Shown piece by piece: positions 9,151-17,904 of a DNA stretch of 32,000 bases. Position 1 is the stretch's first letter. Every line of letters starts with the position of its first letter. A program made the position numbers and the translations under genes. This DNA comes from Psychrobacter sp. HD31 (GTDB lineage: Bacteria; Pseudomonadota; Gammaproteobacteria; Pseudomonadales; Moraxellaceae): positions 240,001 to 272,000 of the forward strand of contig NZ_CP142525.1 in the NCBI RefSeq assembly GCF_051097895.1. The letters are read 5' to 3'. The notes beneath the pieces are model-generated. The model made no database searches and was not told the origin of the DNA. It saw nothing but the letters and a program-made list of their open reading frames with translations.

Positions 9151-10246
9151 ATGGAAATCAATAGCTATCAAGAACACATTAAAGACTTAGCCAAACGTGG
9201 TCAAGAGCTACGGGGGTATCTTTGACTTTGAAGGCAAAAAAGAACGCCTAGAAGAGGTAAACTTAGAGCTAGAGAATCCAGAAATTTGGAACGACCCAGA
9301 TAAAGCCACCGCTATTAATAAAGAAAAAAGCCTGCTAGATGGCGTTATTAACGTGATTACCTCACTGGATGACACGCTAGAAGATGCCGCTGCCATGCTT
9401 GATTTGGCAGTAGAAGCAGAGGATGAAGATTTGCTAGCCGATGTGCAAAGTGAGCTTGATAAAGCAGAAACCCAAGTTGCCGACCTTGAATTTAAACGTA
9501 TGTTTAGTGGCGAGATGGATGCCAATAACTGTTATTTAGATATTCAGTCGGGTTCTGGCGGTACAGAAGCGCAAGACTGGGCAGAAATGTTATTGCGTAT
9601 GTATTTGCGTTGGTGCGAGTCCCACGGTTTTAAAGCGCAAGTTATTGAGCTTTCTGCTGGGGGTGTGGCGGGTATTAAATCTGCCACCGTAGAGGTGAAA
9701 GGCGACTATGCTTTTGGCTGGCTACGTACCGAGATTGGTGTACACCGTTTGGTGCGTAAATCACCATTTGACAGTAACAATGGTCGTCATACCTCGTTTG
9801 CGTCTGTGTTTATCTCGCCAGAGATTGATGACAACATTGATATTGACTTAAACCCTGCGGATTTACGAGTAGATACTTATCGCTCTAGTGGGGCAGGTGG
9901 TCAGCACGTAAACACCACAGACTCTGCCGTGCGTATTACCCACGTGCCTACAGGTACGGTTGCGGCTTGCCAAAACGAGCGTAGCCAACATGCCAACAAA
10001 GACACTGCCATGAAAATGCTACGTGCTAAGCTATACGAGCTAGAAATGCAAAAACGCATGGAAAAACAGCAAGCATTAGAAGACAGCAAGTCTGACATTG
10101 GTTGGGGCAGCCAAATCCGCTCTTATGTTTTAGATGACTCACGCATTAAAGATTTGCGTACAGGGGTGGAAAGCTCTAATACTGGGGCAGTGCTAGATGG
10201 CGACCTCGATAAATTTATTGAAGCAAGTTTAAAAGCAGGGCTGTAA
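9151..10246 (+). CDS. prfB: peptide chain release factor 2, made by a programmed +1 frameshift: join(9151..9222,9224..10246)
   Basis: Frame 0 reads [24 protein letters not shown] then TGA (9223-9225). The +1 frame continues [12 protein letters not shown]... through the SPF and GGQ ([10 protein letters not shown]) motifs. The track ORF from GTG 9197 is simply the +1 frame. Confidence 0.95.
9211..9226 (+). promoter_or_regulatory. RF2 autoregulatory +1 frameshift site (internal SD-like GGGGG, then TAT CTT TGA C)
   Basis: The sequence cgggggtatctttgac matches the canonical E. coli prfB shift site (GGGGG TAT CTT TGA C). Confidence 0.9.
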
Positions 10247-10271
10247 ATTTACACTTATTTTAAGCTAACTG

Positions 10272-10307
10272 CCCGATAATTAACCAATAGGTTGTTATCG
10301 GGTTTTT
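10272..10307 (+). terminator. rho-independent terminator after prfB
   Basis: cccgataa (10272-10279) pairs with ttatcggg (10295-10302), with an inner aacc/ggtt stem, followed by ttttt. Confidence 0.6.
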
Positions 10308-10355
10308 ACTTTGGGCATAAGCACCGCGCTTGTGTTATATATTTAAGGATTAACA

Positions 10356-11531
10356 ATGGTCATACATAAAAATACCGATTTAAAAACCATTCCTACGCCA
10401 TATTATTTGCTAGATGAAGCTGCCATCGTAAGCAATCTTAAAATCATTAAACAATTGTGTGATGACTCTGGTGCTAAAGCCTTGCTTGCGCTTAAATGTT
10501 TTGCTACGTGGGGCGTTTTTGATGCCATGAAGCCATATTTACATGGTACAACTTCATCGTCACTAAACGAGGTACGTTTAGGTAAAGAGGAGTTTGGCAA
10601 CAGTGAAGGCAAAGAGACTCATGCTTACAGCGTGGCTTACAGCCCAAATGAGATTGATGAAGTACTAACTTATGCTGATAAAATTATTTTTAACTCGCTA
10701 AATCAGCTAGCGGCATTTAAAGATAAAGCCATAGCTAAAAATATACCAGTAGGGCTACGTTTAAACCCAAAAACCAGTAACTCTGAGTTTATCATTGCTG
10801 ACCCTGCACGCCCATACAGTAGGCTTGGCGAACATGATTTAGACAAGATAACCCCTGTATTGCAATATATAACAGGGGTGATGCTACACAATAACTGCGA
10901 AAATAACAGTTTTGAAGCATTTAGTGCCAGCCTTGCTGACATAGAGCAAAAATTTGGCGACATTTTTTATCAGCTAGAGTGGGTGAGCCTTGGTGGCGGC
11001 ATCCATTTTATTGCACCAAACTACCCTGTAGATAAGCTTGCCAAACGCTTAAAAGACTTTAGCCAAAAGTATGGCGTGCAAGTGTACCTAGAACCAGGGG
11101 AGGCAAGCATACACCAAGGGGCAAGCTTGGTAACAACGGTTTTAGATACTTTGCACAACGGTAAGCCACTTGCCGTGGTAGATGCCTCTATTGAAGCACA
11201 CATGCTTGATTTGCTTATTTACCGAGAGACCGCACCACTGGTTGCCATAAATAACACGCCTTGTAAACATACCCAAAGTGAGACAGACACCAGCACCATT
11301 GTTTATGGTAAGTCTTGCCTAGCAGGGGATATTTTTGGTGAGTATGCACTTAATGAATCTGTAAAAATTGGCGATAAACTTGCTTTTGGTAATGCGGCTG
11401 GCTACACCATGGTAAAAAAGAACTGGTTTAACGGGGTTGATATGCCAAGCATTGTGATAAAACGCTTGGATGGCAGTATTGATTTACAACAAACCTTTGG
11501 CTATGCCGACTATAAAGCGAGCCTATCTTAA
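10356..11531 (+). CDS. nspC: carboxynorspermidine/carboxyspermidine decarboxylase
   Basis: 391 aa, with an N-terminus (TPYYLLDEAAI...LKCFATWGVFD) and length typical of the alanine-racemase-fold NspC family. RBS is AAGGA. A carboxynorspermidine synthase gene lies in the same neighbourhood. Confidence 0.8.
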   Translation: MVIHKNTDLKTIPTPYYLLDEAAIVSNLKIIKQLCDDSGAKALLALKCFATWGVFDAMKPYLHGTTSSSLNEVRLGKEEFGNSEGKETHAYSVAYSPNEIDEVLTYADKIIFNSLNQLAAFKDKAIAKNIPVGLRLNPKTSNSEFIIADPARPYSRLGEHDLDKITPVLQYITGVMLHNNCENNSFEAFSASLADIEQKFGDIFYQLEWVSLGGGIHFIAPNYPVDKLAKRLKDFSQKYGVQVYLEPGEASIHQGASLVTTVLDTLHNGKPLAVVDASIEAHMLDLLIYRETAPLVAINNTPCKHTQSETDTSTIVYGKSCLAGDIFGEYALNESVKIGDKLAFGNAAGYTMVKKNWFNGVDMPSIVIKRLDGSIDLQQTFGYADYKASLS

Positions 11532-12449
11532 ATGGTTACCACCCAACATAAAGACCAAAACACGCAGCAAAGATCAGAATCCTTTGGTATTTTTTTAAAG
11601 ATACTATCAGTGCTTGCTTTTGCCATTATGGGTGGGTTAATTAAACATTTAGATGGCAGTATCCCACTTGGGCAGGTGGTGTTTTTCCGCTCTGCCGTTG
11701 CGCTCATTCCTTTAATGATATTTTTAATGTGGGTGAGTGACTTTCCCAGTGGGCTTAAAACTAAAAACCCGTGGGGGCATGTTACCCGCTGTGTTATTGG
11801 TACTTGTGCCATGTTTAGTGCCTTTAAGGTGTTAGAGCTATTACCCCTTGCTGAGGCAACGGCTTTAAATTACTTAAACCCGATTTTTTTGGTGGTGCTT
11901 GCCATGCTGTTTTTAAAGGAGCAGGTAAGCATTAGGCGTTGGCTTGGTGTTGGTTTTGGTATTGCAGGTTTGCTGTTAATTACTATCCCCAAGTTTAGTT
12001 TAGCGGCTTATGGCTCGCAAAGTATGTATGGTATTGGCTTGGGTGTGTTAACGGCTTTGCTAATTGCAGCAGCAATGCTACAGGTACGCCAGCTTACCCA
12101 AATGGGAGAAAACCCCGGAGCAATTACTTTTTATTTTGCGATTACCAGTACGGTTATGGGGGCAGTGGTTATGCTAGCCAGCATTAACAGTAATGGCATC
12201 TTGATGCCAGAGCCATGGCAATTGGCATGCTTAATTGGCATTGGTTTGATTGGTGGGCTTGCGCAAATATCGATGACACTTGCGTTTAAGTATGCGCAGG
12301 CATCGGCACTTGCACCGTTTGATTATTTGGCGATTGTGTTTTCGGTCATCATTGGGTTTGTGGCGTTTGATGAATTGCCAGACACCATGTTCTGGCTAGC
12401 CATGCCACTCATTTTATTAGGTGCAATGGTGGCAAGGGGCAGGGGTTAA
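11532..12449 (+). CDS. DMT-superfamily (EamA-like) permease
   Basis: 305 aa with about 10 hydrophobic helices in two halves. The ATG directly abuts the nspC TAA, suggesting translational coupling. Confidence 0.8.
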   Translation: MVTTQHKDQNTQQRSESFGIFLKILSVLAFAIMGGLIKHLDGSIPLGQVVFFRSAVALIPLMIFLMWVSDFPSGLKTKNPWGHVTRCVIGTCAMFSAFKVLELLPLAEATALNYLNPIFLVVLAMLFLKEQVSIRRWLGVGFGIAGLLLITIPKFSLAAYGSQSMYGIGLGVLTALLIAAAMLQVRQLTQMGENPGAITFYFAITSTVMGAVVMLASINSNGILMPEPWQLACLIGIGLIGGLAQISMTLAFKYAQASALAPFDYLAIVFSVIIGFVAFDELPDTMFWLAMPLILLGAMVARGRG

Positions 12450-13510
12450 ACATTTCTAAAGAGTTCATCGATTACTTTATTATCTATATTCTTAATAAAA
12501 TCCTTAGGGTTAGAGTGTCTTGATTTTAGATTATCTATTTCAGTTGTTTTTGCTCTAATAAAATAATTTTTCTTATTACTATTATCTATAGTAATAAAAT
12601 ATGACAATACAAAACTGTTCACATCAACATTAATATCACAAACCTCTATAAAAAAGTCATAACTATATTTCTCAATAGATTCTACGATATTGTATATGTC
12701 TTTATTTTCAAAATGGATATGTATAACAAAAAAAGCTTCTGTTTTATTATCGGGCATATTTATATAAATTGATTTAAAACTTTCAATTTCACGAGTTTCT
12801 CTTAGTTCCGTTCTTCCATTTTTAATTAAAGTTTCTTTCAGTATTTGATTTTCTTTATTGTAATCAACTGCCTTGTTATCTGTTATTGTAACTTCCGACT
12901 CTATTCTTGATTTATATTCTAGTTCTGTAAAACTAAAGTATTGAGGTATTGTTTTAATTAGTATTAATATACTAAAAGTAAAACATGTAATTGTAGAGAT
13001 ATAAACTTGATATTCATTTAGTTGGAAAAAATTATTAAAATGTAAAGGATATATGAATAGTAAATAAATAGTAGTAATAATTAGGATGTTAGAGATTAGA
13101 CCCAAGTTTGATATGTACCTGAAATATTTGAAGAAACGGTTTTTATATGGATTAAATTTTCTCGAATTAATGGTTACTATATAGCCTTTATGTGAATGAA
13201 AGTCTAAGAATTGTTTGGTAAATACTAAACCGAAGATAATGTGAATGAAAAATAATATATGAGAAGTGATGTTTGTATATAAAATAATCAGAGAAAAAAG
13301 AATATTGTATGCTAGGGTTAGAAAAATAAATCTGCTTTGCCTTACATAATACTTTAGAAACATGCTTCGACTATAATCGAATGAGCTAAATCCGCTTTGT
13401 AAGATAAAAGTGCTTGTAGCTACAATTAGACCAAGTACAGTTGCAGATAAGCTAAGTTGGTTTTCGAAATAATGGTTGTAGTTACTTAATTCTTTAAATA
13501 TATTAATCAT
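12446..13510 (-). CDS. orphan membrane protein: about 5 TM helices followed by a roughly 165-aa soluble C-terminal domain, no recognisable family
   Basis: 354-aa ORF. Sampled 60-nt stretches are 17-27% G+C, versus about 40% next door. Its TAA overlaps the TAA of the convergent EamA gene (ttaa at 12446-12449). Confidence 0.6.
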   Translation of the reverse strand: MINIFKELSNYNHYFENQLSLSATVLGLIVATSTFILQSGFSSFDYSRSMFLKYYVRQSRFIFLTLAYNILFSLIILYTNITSHILFFIHIIFGLVFTKQFLDFHSHKGYIVTINSRKFNPYKNRFFKYFRYISNLGLISNILIITTIYLLFIYPLHFNNFFQLNEYQVYISTITCFTFSILILIKTIPQYFSFTELEYKSRIESEVTITDNKAVDYNKENQILKETLIKNGRTELRETREIESFKSIYINMPDNKTEAFFVIHIHFENKDIYNIVESIEKYSYDFFIEVCDINVDVNSFVLSYFITIDNSNKKNYFIRAKTTEIDNLKSRHSNPKDFIKNIDNKVIDELFRNV

Positions 13511-13799
13511 TTTTTGGCGTTTTAATTTAACTATCGTATCAGTTGGGTATTACAACTATAATTGTATATAAACATACCACCAAACCACATTCAACGCACC
13601 CACTTTTTTATCAAAACTACCTCATCAAAACCACTTAACTTACTAAAGCATTTAAAACAAAATATGCTAAAATATGCAATCAAAATCGGGTGCATCTGTT
13701 TTCCTCGGTCTTCCTTTTTAATAGATGCATAAATAACAACCTGTACCGTCGCTATTAAGCCAATACACATCACACGGTACACAAAGGAGGATTAGTTCC

Positions 13800-15062
13800 A
13801 TGACTGCCACAAAACCTAAAAAAAACGTATTAATCATTGGTGCCGGGGGCGTAGCCCAAGTTACTGCCCACAAATGCGCCATGAACAATGACGTACTGGG
13901 CGAGGTGCACATTGCATCACGCACAAAAGCCAAGTGCGATGCCATTGCCCAAAGCGTAAGCGAAAAAAACAGCTTTAAACAGCCAGCAACCTTGCACACG
14001 CATGAAGTAGATGCGCTAGACGTAGACGCATTAAAAGCGTTAATAGAGCAAACAGACGTGCAAATCGTGATAAACGTAGGCACAGCATTTGTAAACATGA
14101 GCGTGTTAGAAGCCTGTATCCAAACTGGCGCGGCATACATTGATACCGCCATACACGAAGAACCAAACAAAATTTGTGAAACCCCGCCTTGGTACGGCAA
14201 CTATGAGTGGAAGCGTAAACAGCGCTGCGCTGATAACAATATTACCGCCATTTTAGGTGCAGGGTTTGATCCAGGTGTGGTAAACGCTTATGCACGCATA
14301 GGTTATGACATGATGGACGAAGGCTCGGTAACGGATATTGACATTATCGACATTAACGCAGGTAACCACGGCAAATATTTTGCCACCAACTTTGACCCAG
14401 AAATTAACTTCCGTGAATTTACAGGCACGGTTTACTCTTGGCAAAACAGCCAATGGAACTCAAACAAAATGTTTGAAGTAAAACGTACCGATGATTTGCC
14501 AGTGGTTGGTGTGCAAAACAGCTACCTAAGTGGACATGATGAGATTCACTCGTTATCTGCCAACCTAGACGTGCCAAACATCCGTTTTTGGATGGGTTTT
14601 GGCGACCACTACATGAACGTATTTACTGTACTAAATACGCTTGGTTTATTATCTGAACAACCTGTAACCACGGCAGAAGGGCAAGAGGTTGTGCCACTTA
14701 AAGTGGTTAAAGCGGTATTGCCAGACCCAAGCTCGCTTGCGCCAAACTACACAGGCAAAACTTGCATTGGTGACAAAGTTAAAGGCAAAATAAATGGAGA
14801 AGACAGTGAAGTATTTATATACAACGTGTCTGACCATAAAGAAGCATATAACGAGGTTGGCTCGCAGGGTATATCTTACACTGCTGGTGTGCCACCTGTT
14901 GCCACTGCCATGCTAATTGCAACGGGCGAGTGGGATGCAGGGCATATGGCAAACGTGGAGGAGTTAGACTCACGCCCATTTATCAACTTGCTTAACAAAA
15001 TTGGCTTGCCAACCCGCATTAAAGATGCCAATGGCGACAGAGCACTTGAGTTTGAGCTGTAA
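13800..15062 (+). CDS. carboxynorspermidine synthase (saccharopine-dehydrogenase family)
   Basis: 420 aa. Rossmann motif is VLIIGAGGVAQ, RBS is AAGGAGG. Size and architecture fit CANSDH, and it would be the functional partner of nspC. Confidence 0.8.
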   Translation: MTATKPKKNVLIIGAGGVAQVTAHKCAMNNDVLGEVHIASRTKAKCDAIAQSVSEKNSFKQPATLHTHEVDALDVDALKALIEQTDVQIVINVGTAFVNMSVLEACIQTGAAYIDTAIHEEPNKICETPPWYGNYEWKRKQRCADNNITAILGAGFDPGVVNAYARIGYDMMDEGSVTDIDIIDINAGNHGKYFATNFDPEINFREFTGTVYSWQNSQWNSNKMFEVKRTDDLPVVGVQNSYLSGHDEIHSLSANLDVPNIRFWMGFGDHYMNVFTVLNTLGLLSEQPVTTAEGQEVVPLKVVKAVLPDPSSLAPNYTGKTCIGDKVKGKINGEDSEVFIYNVSDHKEAYNEVGSQGISYTAGVPPVATAMLIATGEWDAGHMANVEELDSRPFINLLNKIGLPTRIKDANGDRALEFEL

Positions 15063-15214
15063 TTAATCTGGATTTAGTACGGGTGGATTTGCATAAGTTT
15101 GATTCGCCTAAGTTTTAATTAAATAGATTTGATAAAATAGCCTGTCATACGATGGGCTTTTTTGTGCATGCTTATCAAGCTATCCATATTTTATTCTTAA
15201 ATACACATAAACAG

Positions 15215-16084
15215 ATGTTTAAACCTAATCCAATACCTTACCAAACCTTCACGCTTGCAAACACGACCATCACGGTAAAACGGGTGGATAGGGTGCATAC
15301 CACTATTTCTGGCAATAAGTTTTATAAGCTAAAGTACAATTTAATGCAGGCAAAACAGCAAGGGTTTAACCAAATACTTAGTTTTGGCGGGGCGTATTCT
15401 AACCACATATTTGCCGTTGCCCACGCTTGCAACGCTTATGGCTTTGATAGCATTGGTATTATTAGAGGGCAGGAGCTGGCAAGTAAGTCGCTTAACCCTA
15501 CGCTGCAAACGGCACAAAGTTTGGGTATGAAGCTTGAGTTTATTAGCCGAAGTGATTACCGTAATAAACACACCAGTGAATTTTTGGCACAGCTTAAAGT
15601 ACAATACCCTAATGCTTATATAATCCCAGAAGGGGGCACAAATCAGCTTGCAGTAAAAGGCTGTAGCGAGATTTTAAGCAAGGAAGATACGCAAAATTTT
15701 GATGTCATCGTATTGGCGGTAGGCACAGGTGGCACTATTGCAGGTATTATGAACACTTGCATTTCTGATAATTCAAACCAGCAAGTGATTGGTTTTTCTG
15801 CATTAAACAGTGATTATCAAGCTGATGACATTAACAAGCTAATATCTAATAACTACCATAACTGGCAACTCTATAAAGATGATGTGTTTGGCGGTTATGG
15901 TAAATATAACGACGAGCTTTTGGCGTTTATAGAGGGTATAAAACAGCAAGCCAGCATACCGTTAGAGCCAATTTACACAGGCAAAGCCATGTACCGCTTA
16001 CAGCAGCTACTTAAACAAGGTGAGTTTAAAAGTAAACGTATTTTGTTTATCCATACTGGTGGTTTGCAAGCGTTTGAATACTAA
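15215..16084 (+). CDS. PLP-dependent enzyme of the ACC deaminase / D-cysteine desulfhydrase family
   Basis: Motifs are SGNKFYKLKYNL (PLP-lysine region) and GTGGTIAGI. The start is taken as ATG 15215 (MFKPNP...). The track start at 15152 overlaps a hairpin plus T-run and adds 21 unlikely residues. Confidence 0.7.
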   Translation: MFKPNPIPYQTFTLANTTITVKRVDRVHTTISGNKFYKLKYNLMQAKQQGFNQILSFGGAYSNHIFAVAHACNAYGFDSIGIIRGQELASKSLNPTLQTAQSLGMKLEFISRSDYRNKHTSEFLAQLKVQYPNAYIIPEGGTNQLAVKGCSEILSKEDTQNFDVIVLAVGTGGTIAGIMNTCISDNSNQQVIGFSALNSDYQADDINKLISNNYHNWQLYKDDVFGGYGKYNDELLAFIEGIKQQASIPLEPIYTGKAMYRLQQLLKQGEFKSKRILFIHTGGLQAFEY

Positions 16085-16137
16085 CTTAATTTTAGAGTAT
16101 CAATTTAAAAAAATAAGGTGTTGCCAACTTTAAACAT

Positions 16138-16989
16138 TTATTTGGTTTTGTGGCTATATTCGCATAACTCAAAAACTGGGGTTGAATCATGGTTTGTATA
16201 AACTGCACCGATAACGGCTTCAACGGTTTGATAGCTGGATTTTGGTTTCTTGATTCTCCAATCGCCAAGTACATAGCGGGTTTGGTTATGACTCAGTTTA
16301 TGTATGGCAGGTCGGTGCGTATGACCGTGGATTAGCAAATCAACATTGCGCATTTGTTTGCTAACTTGTTTTTGATTTACGTCCATAATCTCATTTGATT
16401 TATGGGCGTTTTCTTTTTTGCTTTGTTTGCGTAGTTTTTCTGCAATTTGCAAACGTTTTTGCAAGGGTTTTTTTAGTAGCCACCATTGCACAAATCGATT
16501 GCGGGCAAACTTACGAAAACTTTGATAGCGTTTGTCATCGGTGCATAGAGCATCACCATGTTCAAGCCTGGTTTTTTGATGACCAATGCTGATTAAGGTA
16601 GGTTCGTTAATTAAAGTGGCAAAAAAGGCATCGCAAAAGGGTTGTTTTAACAAAAAATCACGATTGCCCTGCATAACAAAAATTTGACAGCCATTTTGAT
16701 GCAACTTATTTAATTGGCTGATAATAGGGGTAATCCAGTGAACTGCTTTTTGGTTTGTATCGAGCGTAAGGTAAGCATCGTCACCAATCCAAGCATCAAA
16801 CCAATCACCCAAAATATAAAGTTTTTTAAGATTGGGTAGGGCAATGGTGTCTTGTAAAAATGCCAAAAAAGCCTGCACAAGGGCAGGCTCATCTTCGCTC
16901 AAATGTAAATCACTCACAAACAGCTCAACAATATCTTGCGGCTGTGTTGTTAATAAGTGATTAAAATTGCGAAAGTAGGCATTTGTCAT
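16138..16989 (-). CDS. lpxH: UDP-2,3-diacylglucosamine diphosphatase
   Basis: Calcineurin-like metallophosphatase motifs in LpxH order: SDLHL, GDWFDAWIGDD, GNRDF, HGD, HGHTHRP. It is adjacent to ppiB, as in E. coli. Confidence 0.85.
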   Translation of the reverse strand: MTNAYFRNFNHLLTTQPQDIVELFVSDLHLSEDEPALVQAFLAFLQDTIALPNLKKLYILGDWFDAWIGDDAYLTLDTNQKAVHWITPIISQLNKLHQNGCQIFVMQGNRDFLLKQPFCDAFFATLINEPTLISIGHQKTRLEHGDALCTDDKRYQSFRKFARNRFVQWWLLKKPLQKRLQIAEKLRKQSKKENAHKSNEIMDVNQKQVSKQMRNVDLLIHGHTHRPAIHKLSHNQTRYVLGDWRIKKPKSSYQTVEAVIGAVYTNHDSTPVFELCEYSHKTK

Positions 16990-16997
16990 AAGCGAGA

Positions 16998-17501
16998 CTA
17001 TTCACTCATGATAGTAGCAGTGTTAATAACAATGGCTTCTTTTGGTACATCTTGATGGAAGCCGTGGTTGCCAGTTGCCACACCTTTAATCGCTTCGACA
17101 ACGTCCATGCCTTCGGTTACTTTACCAAATACAGCATAGCCCCAACCCATTGGGTTTTTGCCAGTGTGGTTTAAAAAGCTATTGTTTGCAACGTTAATAA
17201 AAAATTGACCAGTTGCTGAATGTGGGTCTTGCGTACGTGCCATGGCAATTGTGCCAGTATCGTTGCTTAAACCGTTGTCCGCTTCGTTTTCTACAGGGGC
17301 ATTGGTTGGTTTTTCGTTCATGTTGGTGTCCATGCCACCGCCTTGTACCATAAAGCCATCAATCACACGGTGGAAGATAGTACCGTCATAGTGACCAGAT
17401 TTTACGTAGTTTAAAAAGTTTTCTACGGTTTTTGGTGCTTTTTCGCTGTTTAGCTCTAGGGTGATGTTACCTTTGCTAGTTTCTAGTTGTACAACTGGCA
17501 T
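16998..17501 (-). CDS. ppiB: cyclophilin-type peptidyl-prolyl cis-trans isomerase
   Basis: 167 aa with motifs [20 protein letters not shown] and GYAVFGKV. Confidence 0.95.
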   Translation of the reverse strand: MPVVQLETSKGNITLELNSEKAPKTVENFLNYVKSGHYDGTIFHRVIDGFMVQGGGMDTNMNEKPTNAPVENEADNGLSNDTGTIAMARTQDPHSATGQFFINVANNSFLNHTGKNPMGWGYAVFGKVTEGMDVVEAIKGVATGNHGFHQDVPKEAIVINTATIMSE

Positions 17502-17904
17502 AAATTAGTTCCTTAAAAAGAGTAAATAAAAATGTGTGTTTCGTTTATGGGTTTAAGTAATGAGAATTTCAAGGTCAGCATGCTTGTTTTATATAAATCA
17601 TCTTATAACCATTTCATGTTGTTAAAGCTTATCTTAGCAATTTTTTCTTATTTTACATTTGCTTTTTTGTTTTATTAGGCAAACAGTTTTATTGAATTAA
17701 TTATTTGTAAGCTTAAATATTATTATGGATACAGTTGGAGCGCTTAACCTTATACATATTTATTAACATCTTTAATTTATTGATAGCAAAACGCATGGAT
17801 TTTGAAAATTCAATCCCCATCATAGTAGCAAATTTGTTACCATACACATTAATTATATTTGTTTTAATTAATCATCTTTATTTTCTAAAAGCTAGGAAGA
17901 ATAC

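Noticed and set aside
13718-14200. 160-aa minus-strand ORF, and similar ORFs at 13975-14166, 14253-14453 and 14649-14837
   Set aside because: They are antisense to the well-supported carboxynorspermidine synthase gene and have Cys/Ala/Leu-rich composition. They are shadow ORFs.
15152-15214. N-terminal 21-aa extension (MGFFVHAYQAIHILFLNTHKQ) of the PLP enzyme
   Set aside because: It overlaps a hairpin plus T-run downstream of the preceding gene and has no RBS. The internal ATG at 15215 gives a normal family-length protein.
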